Shown here: piece after piece, positions 25,863 to 39,339 of the stretch
Layout of the letters: each line of letters begins with the position of its first letter
Position numbering within the stretch: the stretch's first letter is position 1
Assembly (NCBI GenBank): GCA_965153455.1
Contig: OZ234493.1
Span: forward strand, 17,660,213 to 17,724,212
Reading direction: 5' to 3'
Source: Sphagnum compactum
Taxonomy: Eukaryota
DNA length: 64,000 nt
The notes under the pieces: model-generated
Seen by the model: only the letters and a program-made list of their open reading frames with translations
What the model was told of the DNA's origin: nothing
Databases searched by the model: none
Made by a program: the position numbers and the translations under genes

Positions 25863-27453
25863 AAAAACAAAACAAGCTTCAAAAAGATAAAGAGAGAGAA
25901 CGTTCCATTAGAATTCAAAAGTTTTTATAAGAGCTTTCAAGCCTCTCACCAAATAGTTTGATGAAATGAGCACTAGCCTTATGAGCACGCATGCAAAAGA
26001 GACATGGAAAAGAATGTAGGAAAATGCTCATTTGATGGATCATTACCAAATAATTCCCTCAAAGTACAAGTTTCCTCCTTGTAGAAGAAGGTGAGTCTCT
26101 TATAGATATTGTTTGTTTTTCAAGTTTGAAAAATAAAGTAGATTTGGATGTTGTAGAATAGTGATTATATAGTAGAGCTTTTGGTAATTAACATTGCTTA
26201 GTTGCAATGAAGGTGATGGGAGTACTGCAATGTTGAAATTTGAGAGAGACCCATTTTAATGACATTCTCATTGTGTGTGCCTTCTTTGGTTTGTTGGTCC
26301 TTGCATATATTTGTTGGTAGATTTTTTTGCCTATCGACATGCAAAATGTTTGCATTTTACTTGTATTGAAAAAAGCTAAATGGACTTAGAGGGAGTGGTG
26401 ATGAGGGCAATAGAAATTATCTTCAAATATTTGTCTTTTTTTGAACTTTCCCTTGGCCAGCTTTTTGCTTTGGGTGAAACCCAAACTTCTTCAGGGGTTT
26501 TACTAGCCATCAAGAATTTAGCTTCTATCTCATGGGATGAATTTTACACATCAGCCATGAATGAACCTACTTGCTTATCAGAAGTCCAGGGCTCCCATTT
26601 GTCATACCTATTGATTCTTGAGGCAATGAATAATCATACCTAGATCCACATCTACACAATGGGCAGGTGCATTTGAGATCGTGGGTCTAGAAGATTGATT
26701 TTAAGTGTATATCATGCGAAGAAGAAGTTTTGAACCCAAACAAAAAAAAAAGAGACAAAAAAAATTCCAAGTTAAAATATCCAAAGAAAGAAACATTGGT
26801 TGAAGAAATAGAAAACAACCTACTACCCATTTCAATACCTGCTGCTGATTGAGTTACTAGGTTGTTGCAGATGGGCATTTCTCTTTCTCTCACACAATGC
26901 TGAAACACAAAATTGAGGAGCTCTGGAAGGGATGGTGGTGGAACCAGTACAAAAACATTTGTACATAATTGTGTAAATAATTTGAATGTAATTTGCTGTT
27001 TTGATATGCTTTTTTTTAGTATAGATTCCAAATAAGAATTTTGCAGAGAGTTTTTTTAGAAAAAAAACAAGCTTCCATGTGAACAATCATCCTGGAACAT
27101 GGATTGATTGAATGGCGGTGGATTCCCCTTGAATTCCTCAATTCCTCAAAAAATCGTCAAAGAATTAATACTATGTAGAAGATCTAATGTTCTTGTTTAT
27201 TCCTTTCACTCCGTGAGTTCAGCTGAACCCAAGTTTTGCACAAAAGATCAGAGGAAAAAGCTGGCTGGTTTTGGACACTTCAATAGAGGAGTTTGCAGTT
27301 CACGCCCCTCGGTTACCTCTCCCATAACAGAGCATCTAATCCTTGCTGCCAGAGAGAGAAAGGACGTGCAAAAGATCTCACTGAGTTTTCCAGTCTGCAA
27401 AAAGTAGATACAACACTTGCAGTTGTTGATGATGATGATGATGACGATGATCA

Positions 27454-27845
27454 ATTCACACATCTGCTGGATTTTTTTCTGCTGAAAATTCCCACAAAAA
27501 TCTCCCCAAAATAAACCCAACCCAATCAATCAATCTTTCACAACTTCATATTCACACATCTGCTGAAATTCTTTTTCTGCTGAAAATTCCCACAAAAATC
27601 TCTCCCCCAAAAAAACCAACCCAATCCTTCAATCTTTCCCAACTTCATATTCACACATCTGCTGTAATTCTTTTTTTCTGCTGAAAATTCCCACAAAAAT
27701 CTCCCCCCAAAAAAACCAACCCAATCCTTCAATCTTTCCCAACTTCATATTCACACATCTGCTGTAATTCTTTTTCAGCTGAAATTCCCACAAAAATCTC
27801 CCAAGGAAAACCCAACCCAAATCAATCTTTCACAACTCCATCTTT
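27454..27845. repeat. Tandem repeat, ~97-100-bp unit, 4 copies
   Basis: ttcacacatctgctg...gctgaaaattcccacaaaaatctcccc...aacccaatc...aacttcata at ~27454, 27551, 27650 and 27750. Confidence 0.9.
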
Positions 27846-28427
27846 TGTACCCAAAATTTTCTTCATTCTTTCAAGTTCACTGGCTAGATGTGATTCAGAA
27901 GAATTCAACAATTTTTTTAAAAGAATCAACTCACTCACACACTCCCACAACAAAAAATCAATCAAAAATCACTAAAATGATTGTTTGCAGAAATTGCCAA
28001 CAAAATCTCCAAAAAAAACCAACCCAAATCGATCAATCTTCACAACTTCATCTTTTCTACCCAAGAATTTCTTCACTCATCAATTTCCCTTGCTAGATTT
28101 GGTTCAAAGGAATTCAATTTTAAAAAAAGACAACCAAGTCACTCACACAACAAAAAAAAAACCAAATTGCTTCATTCCTCTAATCACTACTACTAGTAAT
28201 TTTAGAGAAGCCTCTCATTGGGAACTAATTTTAAAGACCCAAAAAAACAATTTTAGTTAAACTACCAAAAATCTATTAGTAATTTTGGAGAAACTCCATG
28301 AGCACACACCCATGTCATGTAGTATAATACAGCACAACAAGAACAAGAAATCCACGCACACTTCATCACAAAGATCCCAAACATGTAACCTTTGCATGTC
28401 TCTTCATAAACAAAAGGGTGGGTAATA

Positions 28428-29192
28428 ATAAATTGCTCTTGCATGTTGAACTTTAAGATTTGCATCCACGTGATGTTTTTGAATTCCAAATCTTAGCATA
28501 AATCTCAAACATAAACCTAGAACCCAATAGATGGCGGCACAATCAATTGGTTGACCTTCAAAATCCAACTTCAATCTCCACTATGTTTGTTTTGAGGGTT
28601 GTGTTCTTCCAAAACAAGCGGTTTGTCGCATAATGGATTTGTCCTTTATGGCAAAGGTCAAGCAAATCAAGACAAATTATGAAACAATGTAACATGATGA
28701 TTAGTAGGTGATTTGAATGCAAAATGAATTTATCAAAGAAAGTAGAGTACAAAGTACAATCATGGTCTATACTTGTCGCATAGGTTTAGGGTTTAATAGT
28801 GATATAATTGTTCTTGGATGTTGAACTTCAAAGATTTTGCATCCACGTAATGTTGTTGGATTCCAAATCTTAGCAACTAGAACATAAACTTGGAAGTTGA
28901 TACAAAGGTGACAAAACTAATGGTTGACCTTCATATTCAACCTCCACTAATGTGTTTGTTCAAGGGGTTTGTGTTCTTCCAAAAAAATAAGTGGCTTGTC
29001 ATGTAATGGTTTTGTCCTTATGGCAAAGGTCAAACAAAATCATGAAATATTACCGAACCATGTGATATGGCAAGGTCAAGCAAAATCATGAGAGATTACA
29101 AATACATAACATGATTAGTAGATGATTTGAATCCAAAATGAATCTATCAAAGAAAGTAACATGCAAAATAAACATAGGTCTACAATTGTCAC
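28428..29192. repeat. Diverged tandem duplication, two copies of ~370 bp
   Basis: 28428-28779 and 28804-29192 share colinear blocks (gttgaact..agatttgcatccacgt, ttccaaatcttagca, ggttgaccttca, gtgttcttccaaaa, tatggcaaaggtcaa, gatttgaat..aaaatgaat.tatcaaagaaagta). Confidence 0.8.
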
Positions 29193-29899
29193 ACACTAAT
29201 TGGTTTCCATTTGAAGCCAAAATTATATCCCGATTAGACATGGATTCAATGCAAAGTCAACAAAATGCATTGAAAATGTTACATATGGAGGAGAAGCACA
29301 TATATTGGGTTAAAAAACCTTAAATTCTAAACCCTAAGCTCAATCGCTACTATCCTTGAACCCCTTGTGGCATGAGACTTTGTTTCTAGCTTGTTGCAAT
29401 ATTTTATGAACCTTAAACCCTAAACTTGATCACTAATATCATTAAGTTTAGTGTTTAAGGTTCATAAAATATGTACCTTAAAATATGTACATTTAAAAAT
29501 ATATATTTAAATATGTATCATTCCGTGTGATACTTTGACTCCATCTTGTTGCAACATTTGTTATCATTCAATGTGCTTTGAAGTAAATGTCTTTGGTTGG
29601 TTGTGGAAGTAATTGAGTCAGATTTTGTTGGAGATTTCAAAATAAATTTAAAATACCATATAAATTTATTTGACAACTTATAAAAAATAACATGTCAAAA
29701 ATCTGAAATATAGTAAATTTATTATAATAAAATCATTACATCCCATTTTATTAATTTTCTAGACCAAGATCACACTTGGATGGACATAACCTCGACAAAT
29801 TGAAAAATGATTTGAAAAGTTCAATAAAAAAAATTAGATAAAATTGATCCAAAACTATATAATAAATAAATAAATAGATAAAAATAATCTATTATTGAG

Positions 29900-31000
29900 A
29901 TGTTTCAAACATCCTTTGTGCAATCGCATGTAATTGGTCCAACTTTTTCAAAATTTGCATTGATTGTTGAAAATACTTGAAATTATTGTTGGTGAAAATG
30001 ATGTTTCAACTAGGTGTATTGATGGAATTGCATGAAGCACATCCATCGTAGGGTGTGTTTCTTGGAATTCTAGCTCTATGTTCCACCTTCCCATCTTAAA
30101 CACATAACATTTGTCAACATAATGGTCCATAATGTTTGCAATGTATGTGGTCACCACATAATGTGCATATGGGAACTAAGTGTTGTAGGCATTGTCCCAT
30201 GAAGCATTGTCCATCAAATCTTGTAATTATATGAATGGTTTAAAAGGAAATAAGAAGGATTTACATGAGAACTCTCTTTTATTTGCATTGAGGTCATTGT
30301 GGGTGAAGTAAACAATCATCGTTATAATGATGTTTATAAACATGTGTTTCTTGGAGAGTAACACCTAATGTGTCAAATGTTGTGGGTCTTCTAGTATTAT
30401 GCTTCAATTTGACAATCTAAAGTGATGTTTAAGTAGGTCTTTATTATAATAAAACACATTTATTCAATATATACATCTTGTTGCTAGAATGTTAGATGGA
30501 ATCCAATGCAATATCAAGGTGCAAATGGTTTTTTTTTGTAGATTGTAAACATGTGGAAATTTTGTCATATGTTGGATGATTTTCATCTATGAAGTCCATT
30601 AGGTCATTCATTTTTGGATTCATGGCATCTATAACAACCAAATATTTTAAAGTTGTCAACATCTAGAGTTTTATTTTATGAAAGTGTTGATGATAGGCAA
30701 ATGATTATCAATATTAATCAACTTCATATTTAATTGGTCGAATAAGGTGATGTCATTTAATTGAATGATTTCGTATAATTGGTTGTGTGTTTTATAAAAC
30801 ACAAGAAATTCTCGAATGTGCATTAGATTTTTTAAATATTTGTTACAAATAGAACTAGGTTGTCCTCATTGGACATGGAAATGTAATGTCAATATCTGAC
30901 AAGGTGGATAGAAGAGTAGCAAGACAAAGTAGGTTGAGTTTATTAAGACTTATGAAAAATTTGAATTGAGGTTTATGTGCAAACTTGAAAAGGATTTATA
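29900..31000 (-). mobile_element. Degenerate DNA-transposon (hAT-like) remnant
   Basis: Fragmentary ORF 29948-30157 contains GRWN, resembling the hAT TRWNS motif. Otherwise stop-riddled. Confidence 0.25.
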
Positions 31001-32639
31001 AAGGATGGCTATACATATTACAAGGAACAGTAATACTATTGTGAGGAAGTCAAAGCTTATGGGAAGAGTTAGAATAATATTTTTGAACTAATATGATAAA
31101 TTTTGTACTCATTTTGTGTTTTTTTTTCTATTCCATATGGGTTTGTTCTATGTTCAAATCACTACATATGCAATAATTATGCAAATATGTACTTTGGAAT
31201 GTATTTTGTGTTGGGTTTTACTTTTGATTTTTATAATTGTTATACAAACTTTGTATGTTTGAAAATAATATGTTAAAGTACAAAATTCAAAAATAAAACA
31301 AGGTCAAAATATTAGCATCCACCAATATTCATTGGGCATTTTCATCATCTTTGCATCATGAAAGCACCTACCATAGTGAATTATATTGCACAATCTTTAC
31401 AAAAGTTTCGTGAAACAAATAGTTGTGAGTCCATTAACATTTCATACAAGTGACCTTTCAATATATCAAATATACTTTTACATGATTGTAATGTGATGAG
31501 TGCATTGACATAATGATGTCATTACAAAATCCATCTAAATGTTTGATGACCATATATTATGTGGCAATTCATCTATGTTGTGTGAAATCCACTTGATGTA
31601 GCTTAGGTTGGCAGTTTGTGTATGTTTTTGTTCATAAAAAATTAACAACGATATTCACAAATGTGAAGATATTCTTGGAACTGTTGTTGATGCATGTTCA
31701 TTGATTGAAACCATGTTGGTTTAACATCAAACCTCAATTTTGATTATTTATGGAAAAATAAATAATTTGGAGAGGCAAGTTAGAGGTTGGTGGCACCTTT
31801 CATATGGATAGAATTCCCTTTATCATAATTTGGCATTCATGTAATATGCATGATTATTAAACATTCATGTTGTGGTTTCATCCATATAATATAAGATATT
31901 GGTTATGTTTATGGTAATTTGATGTTACTATAATATGTGTGATTACCACATTCAAGGATAAAAGCTTATTGGAAAAACCATATTGTGTCATATTGAAAGA
32001 TTAATAATACATGATGGCATTTTTTTCTTGATGTTGTCAACTAATGCTTGGAATTGACTTCACTTCTTTAAGCCAAGATGATCCATGCTTTTAAATTTGT
32101 CCTTCCATTTTAATCATAAACTAAATTGACATTTTCTAAACTAATTGGGCTGGACATTTGAGATAAATATGGCCTACAAAAAATAAAAATATAATATTAA
32201 ATTTATGATCAAATGTAAACAAATTTGAGTTGAAATTAATTTAATTGCTAGATTATGAAGAAATGTTTTTTGAAGTCACCATTTTAATTAAATATTGGGT
32301 TATAACATGTTAACAAACAATAACATGAAACCTAAACTATTTTAATGTCTTTTCTAATTTGTAACCAAATTTGGTTGAATTTTCTTTTAGATAATCACCA
32401 ATGTCCCACCTATGTCACATATTTGGGGAAAAAAAAAACACTACTTGTGGAAGTCATTATTAGATTCACTTTCAATCCAATGTGCATGCTTTTGAACTTG
32501 ACATGAAAGGTAGAAAAAATATTTGAATTTTTACCATAGTTTCAATTTGGTCCATGAATGTTCACTGGGTGTTTATTATTCTTTTTTAAAATGGAGGAAA
32601 TCCATTGCAAACAAAAAAGGGCAGGTACAACATAGGCCG

Positions 32640-35600
32640 AAGAGAGCACCCTGCGCCCCCCCCCCTACAAAGGACAACAAAACATTAATCAACTAAGTTA
32701 ATTAATTTGGGTAATTAGTAATTCCACCTAATATTATGATTGTCTTTGGCACAAAGAATGAAATGTGAACATCACTTTCTATCAAAGTTTTCCAAGTAGG
32801 CCTTCTTGGTAGCAAGCATCTTGGTTACTACAAGAATCGTTTCTTAATCTAGTTTGCCATTGGCCACAATGCCCTCCCAAATCAACAACCCTAACATGTA
32901 ATCAAAGAAAACTTGATCATTGAAGATCCTTTCATTGTATTCAATCCACATGCTCCAAATGATTATCCCTTTTAAGGATGACTATATGGAAGAGATGCCT
33001 TGTAGGTTCAAGGAAGTTTTTTTATTGAATAAACATTGAATGTTTGGCCTTGTTGTGGATGCTTGAATCGATGGAGAATGGAAGTTGCACAAGCCCATGC
33101 CAATTTTGTTGTAGGACATTTGCAAAAAAATTATGGGGTCATCAAATTAGTGATCACATAGGGGACAATTAACCTCTACCCCATTGCAAACATGTGTTTT
33201 CTACACATTCACACATTATGGTTTTATGGGATAAGGCCCAAATGAACCCAACATCTTCCTTAGCTCGACTTTTCTTCCAAACCTCATTCCACTTGATCTT
33301 GTAAATCAAAGGCAAAACATTGGGCCACTTTTATAGGATTCTTTCTAACAAGGATGATTTGTTAAGCCACTTCCACCCTTTTTTTAATGTGTAGTTCATC
33401 AACAACAATCCATCCACCCACTGCCATTGTTTTGGATCAAAGTGAAGTTCATTCGAGCACCCATGAAAGAGGTGGAAAGGCTCATTGTTTGAACCTCTTT
33501 TAAGTGAATAGATGTGCTTGTAGTTGATTCCTCGTAGTAGTTCTTTTCATGGCTATCAAGGTGTATAAAACTAATGTTAAGGGATTAGATAAGTTCTCAT
33601 CCTTGTCATAACAATTTGGCAAAAAAAAATTCGTTGTGCACAACATCAATCTTGGGACCAAGTTATGGTTAATGTATAGGACAAGCCATTCTTTGACAAT
33701 TGTTTGCTTCATTGGGGAATAAAACTTAAAAATTCTAGCTTTCAAATAAATTTTCGATGATTCCTTCCCAAATGCAACAGTCCCCTTCCTCTGGCTAATA
33801 AGTATATTTCACCTCAAACCATCTTTTCCATTGTTGGACTCGTGCATTCCAGAGGTCACCCATAGTTTGAACACCATTTTGATGCAATTGTTCAACCCTT
33901 ATTATCAAAATCCCAAACTCATGACCCTTGAAACTTGTTGACCACTAGAACCTCACTTTTTTTAATGACATCAAGAAACATGGGTGGATTACACAACATT
34001 AATTTACACAAAGTTTCCATCCTTCGGAAAATTGGGTTCACATCCTTAAACCTATTACATGATTTTTTGAACAAACATCCAATGAATGTCAAAGGTCCAT
34101 TGTTTATGTTTGGATGGACATGTTTTGTTCATACAATATTTCAAAAGAAGCTTGAAATTTGATTATCTTGGTTCAAACACTTTAAGGATCCAAATTTTTT
34201 TAAACCTCCAATCTTTCATTTAACATAACAATCTACCACGTGGACTCTAGCTCTTGTGGTGTTCTCTTGTCCACACGACAAGTAATTTTGAAGAGTTGCC
34301 TTGGATTTACAAATTGCTTTAATTGAACTTGTGAAATTGTTATGAAAAACAAAAAATTGGAAGATAACATTAAATTTATGATGATCTAATTATTAGAAAC
34401 TGAACGAGAGAGGAACAAACTCTAGTACTTTAGCTTCTTCCTAATCTTGCCAATGAGGAAAGAATTCACATTGTGGATTTATGGGTTTAGCCAAAGGCAA
34501 TACCTAGTAATTTCAAAAGTTCCCATGTTGTTGCCCATTTCCATTTTAAATTATGTAACTAGTCTAAGCATGCTAGGTAGTGATTTGTTCCTTTTCAATG
34601 TTTATCCCATGAAAACCTTAAATTGTTTAAAGAACAATCATCTTTCCCCACATTCTAGGCAACTTTCAAGGTATCCCAAGCCATTTTTTCAACTTTCGAC
34701 ATCAATATTCCACATGTGAATGATTTATTTATAGGGGCCTCCACCATGTTGAAATCACTTCATAGAAGTCATCTACAATCTTTTGGTAGCACCTCTCTTA
34801 AATGCTCCCATAACTTATAATAGCCTAGAAAATCATTGGGGGTGTAAAACCCCTACCATTGGGGGTGTAGTTAGTTTTTACTATGGGGGTATCCCAATAA
34901 TCCTAATTATGGGTAGTACATTTACCTACTACCTTCACATTTGGAGGTGACACCCACTAGTTCTAGTTAGTTTCTAGGAGGGTTGGTAAAATTTCAACTA
35001 ATTACTTCTAGAAGGTAATAATTGGCTAACTACTAGCATATAATTAATATAGTGGAGATTGTTATCACTAGTTACTTTATTGGGGGCTTTGTAGGGATTT
35101 AAGGGGGAGCAATCCCTTTATTTCCTCTCTCTTTCTTGGTTTTTGTTTTTTTTTTGAAGGTTCACTTATCATTTTATTTTTCCTCTCTTTTCTCTTTTAT
35201 TTGTAATCTTCTTTTTGCTTAGAAATATTTTCCCTACCTCTTTATTCTTAGACCATGAGATAATTACCCTTTTGGTTTTAGAATGTATAGGGGACAATAA
35301 TCCCTTTTTGTGAGGTTTATGGATGGGTTAAAGTAAAAAAAAAGGTTGGTTTTCTTTTATTTCTTATTGTTTGTTGGTTCTCTATATGTTTCTTGGGTGT
35401 TTGAGTGGTAAATGTATGGCAATAGGGAGGACACCAAGGGGGTAATAGGACTAGGAAGGCGGGGTGGGCATCAAATATTTACTATCCCCATAAAAATTAG
35501 TGCTTGACAAGTGGTCATTCTACTACAGTGTATAACTATTGTCACTCTCCTTATATTTGTACTTATTTTCACTAATTTTTCCATCTCCATTATTTGAATT

Positions 35601-37400
35601 ACTATTTTTTCTTTCCTACTTTTGGGTGTTATTATGTATATTAGTTAAAGAATGGTAGGTAATTGGTTATTGCTAGGGCAACAACTATAGTTTTATTGAT
35701 TAGAATTATGGTACTACTAAGTATAATAGTTTCTTTACTTTCATTTGAGTAGTTGTAGTAGAAATGTGAAAATAAATTTGGCACCACCTACCTTTGTATT
35801 GTCACTGACCAAGAGGTAATTACCAAAAGGCTTAGTTGGGACATGTTTACATGGGGCATACATGTTTTAAATGCCAATGTCCCCATAGGCAAGCCTTTTC
35901 GTCATAGCTACGGTGCTTTAATACCCATGGTTACGCCACATTGCACCACATACTTGGCCCGCTTGTTGTCTATTAAAATGCAAATGTTATTGCGACTAGC
36001 ACTTGATTTGTTTGGTTGGTTTCCATAGGTAGGAGACACTTATGTCATCCAATTTTGAACCTCTCTCCCCACTAACATGCTTAAGTTGGTAACATTATTT
36101 CCCTTGAGCTTTTGTTCTTATAGTAAAACAACATCCATTCTAGGAGTTAATCCTTGGATGTGATGTTTAAGCTTATAAACTTCTTTAACAAGATTTACTA
36201 TGTGCACATTTATGACAACATGTGTAGTTTCATGGCTTCATGACTTGTTGGGAAGCGCATTAACCTATGGCTTTCACACACGGGGGTTCTTGGATTGTGT
36301 TTCCTAAAGCTTCATACATTAAACATGGATTGCTAGATGTTAGGTTATCCACTCGAAAAGGAAGGTGCCATCACAACGTTGGTAGTTATTTTGATTTTGT
36401 TCAAGTTGTTATTTTTGTCAGTAGATGGCATTTTGGATGTGTCACCATTTACAATAGGAAACACCTCATTTAAGTTCACTACATTTTCAAGTCAAGGTTC
36501 AAATTCTTCTTGGCACTAAAATCCTTGAAAGCTTGACTTGAGTTGCTTAAGTTTCCAAAATAGTTAGGAGTCAACTTGTTAATAGTTATGTTTAATAACA
36601 TTGTTGGTGTCTAGGTTTGGGGTGCATTAATTTTTTTAAAAATTTCACTATCATTGTGTAGATTACATTTTAGGAGCATGTGGAACTTGACTCTTTAATG
36701 GTCATTGGTTGTGGCAATTGAACTAGGATTGGTAAGGTGTTTAAATGAGGGTAAGGTGTTTTGGCCTTGTATCTCCAAGGACACATGGACAACTTGTGAA
36801 TCCATTGAGTTGTTGTTCTTTTCATTTCAATGTTTGTTGTGAGTGGGAGCTTGTGTAAGGAAAGTGGTGGGGCCAATGAGTGGGACTTGGGAATTTAGAA
36901 TTACCTCCATATTTGGGGCTCCACATTTAGGATCACTTTCCAACTCTATGGCTCTTCTTTTGGTTCCACTTAGTTTATGTTTAAACCACACCATAACATT
37001 TGATTGAAGTGATTAGTTGTTTAATGTGGCAAATACTTTAACAACCCATTTTTTGGGATATGTTGTAGTAATGTCACATCGTTAATAACATTTGAAGCAT
37101 CCACCATTCAATCTTAAGTATGTGCACTTGAACTTGTAATGTGTAATGTTTCTTTCATTGATTCTCTAAATGATTGGGCTCCCTAATTGAAGGGCGGCAT
37201 CTTGGCGAAGATTTCTAATCGGTTAGTTAATAATACTCGATGTATAGATGATTGTGCTCCTAGTTATGCCTATGCACTCCTATAAATCCTTCATTGTCAA
37301 CCCATAGACCCTTGGTTAAAAAATTGGGTGCTTGAATTGGTTGCCTAAAGACATGAATTCCGTCAATATCCATTGAAGCAACCCTTAGTGAGTCTCTTGC
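32640..37400 (-). mobile_element. Degenerate L1-clade LINE remnant (ORF1 and ORF2 fragments)
   Basis: Minus-strand fragments resemble the L1 ORF2 C-terminal zf-RVT region (IIWSMWIE..E.IFN near 32920-32970, a CPLC-type Cys motif near 33150-33170, KIKWNEVWK near 33275-33300). An ORF1-like segment lies near 35850-36450. Many stops and frameshifts; ends are approximate. Confidence 0.65.
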
Positions 37401-39120
37401 ATTGAGGTGTGTACAATCATGGACCAAATGTTTTAAGCTATTACAAAATCTATAGTGGATGGGGTGTTATTTGTAATATATTTTAACTTGAATTATAATG
37501 TCATTTAATTTAGGTTGGGTGCTAAAAGTTTCAAGCAAGGTTTGTGCCTTTCGCATTACTACATCATCATATTACATTTGGCTTCTTGGAATAGTTATTA
37601 ATGTCAACAGAGGTGGTGGTGGGGTTTCATGAGGAATTTGAATGACTTCTTTGGATGACAATTGTGCCATTAAAGTTGGTCTAGCAAAGTAGCTCCATGG
37701 GAATTGGGGTGCTTAATGAACCGGTGCCACAAGTCAAGGTACAACAATTAAGTGTCTTTATTTTAAGAAGGAGCATTGCGCATAAAAAGACATTGCTTAA
37801 CTAAGCTATGCAAGAAGGAATTGCTAAAGTAATCATTGCAAAAACAGGGGATGATGACTTCCTACAAAAAACATTGGTAGAAGATGAAATATAAAAAGAT
37901 TGTAGTAGAAGCCTATTTATGGCAACACTTTTTCAATAGAATCACCTTTTAAACATGAAATAATCACAATTTCTACCAAAATTACAACACACTACCTAAT
38001 AAATGCCTAAATGTGACAAAGAGGATTATAAAAGATTATAAATTAATGTCACACTTGATTAGCTCTCGTGAGATGATCATTGTCATTGCCTTCATTTCAT
38101 GTTTATCGAATGTTTATTATGAAATTGAAACATTTCCTATATGAACTATTGTTGGGATAAAAATGTGGCATTATTAGGAAAATCTTGAAGACCATATTGG
38201 GAATTTGTCGAACCTTTTGGGACTAGCAAAAAGTCAAAAAACCCAAACTCCCCCTTCCCTTCCCAAAAGAAAAACCCCTAGGCCACTTGGACGCATGTTG
38301 CACTGCTTCATTGGTTTAACATAAATTTTATTCATTAATTTTCATGTCACCATTTTTTTCCTAGGCTAGTGGTAGCGAGATACAATTGAGGGGTTTATTT
38401 ATTTATTGCTCTAATTATTTTATTAGTAAGTACCTAATTCCTAGTTCAATATAAAAACACATACAAAACATGTATCAAAATGATTAATAAGCTATTGGTT
38501 TTCAAATTTACTAACAACATTTTCTATACAATCTTGATAGGTTTTGTACATATAGGTACTAACCAAAACTTTGTATGTTAACTTGAATTTCTTCTTAGCT
38601 TCTTATATATATATATCTTATCCATGTGGAAACTAACCTTAGGCCACAATATCTCTTCTAGGTCAAGAAATTTTGGGAGGATGTTACGTGTATAATTATA
38701 TGGCCTTTGGGCATTGGGTCCTTTCCTATTTTTCTTTTTTTTCGTATTTACCCTTGGCCCATTCCACAGATCCATGCGAAGATGGATGATGCCCATACAC
38801 AAAATTTAGGTCATGGTATTTGTACACTTTGGCCATGTAATGGGGCACTAGGAGGCATATTGTAAGACACACTTAGAGGCATAAAAGCGTCCATTACATG
38901 CCCAAAGGGTAGGTGGCATAGTAAGATACCAAATTTGTGTCTGGGTAGCACCAAGATGTGTCTGGTTGGACAATTGGGCAATCAAGGAACAAAAAAGGAG
39001 GAGACAAATACTTTTGAAGATTTAAGACCCAGTCCTAATTTAATGTCTTCCTAAATTTTCACCCAAAAAAAAAACCTTTAGACTCAAGAGTACAAGAAGA
39101 CAATTGCCCAATTGAGCTTT

Positions 39121-39260
39121 TCTCTTCTGAATCGACGAATTTGACTTTTTGGGTTGTAGTGCAAAACATTTGTAGAAGAGAGCAAAAAAACTCATCGAAA
39201 AGATTTTCTCTTCTGAATCGACGAATTTGACTTTTTGGGTTGTAGTGCAAAACATTTGTA
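39121..39260. repeat. Direct tandem duplication (~86-bp period, 54-bp identical core)
   Basis: tctcttctgaatcgacgaatttgactttttgggttgtagtgcaaaacatttgta at 39121 and 39207. Confidence 0.85.
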
Positions 39261-39339
39261 CGAGAGAGAAAAGAAAAAAAAAAAATCTCGTCGAAAAGGG
39301 ATATGTAAAAAAAAACATGAGACCCGTCAGAACGCTCAC

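Noticed and set aside
27454..27845. Regularly spaced repeats superficially like a CRISPR array
   Set aside because: Whole units repeat with no unique spacers, the context is eukaryotic and there are no cas genes.
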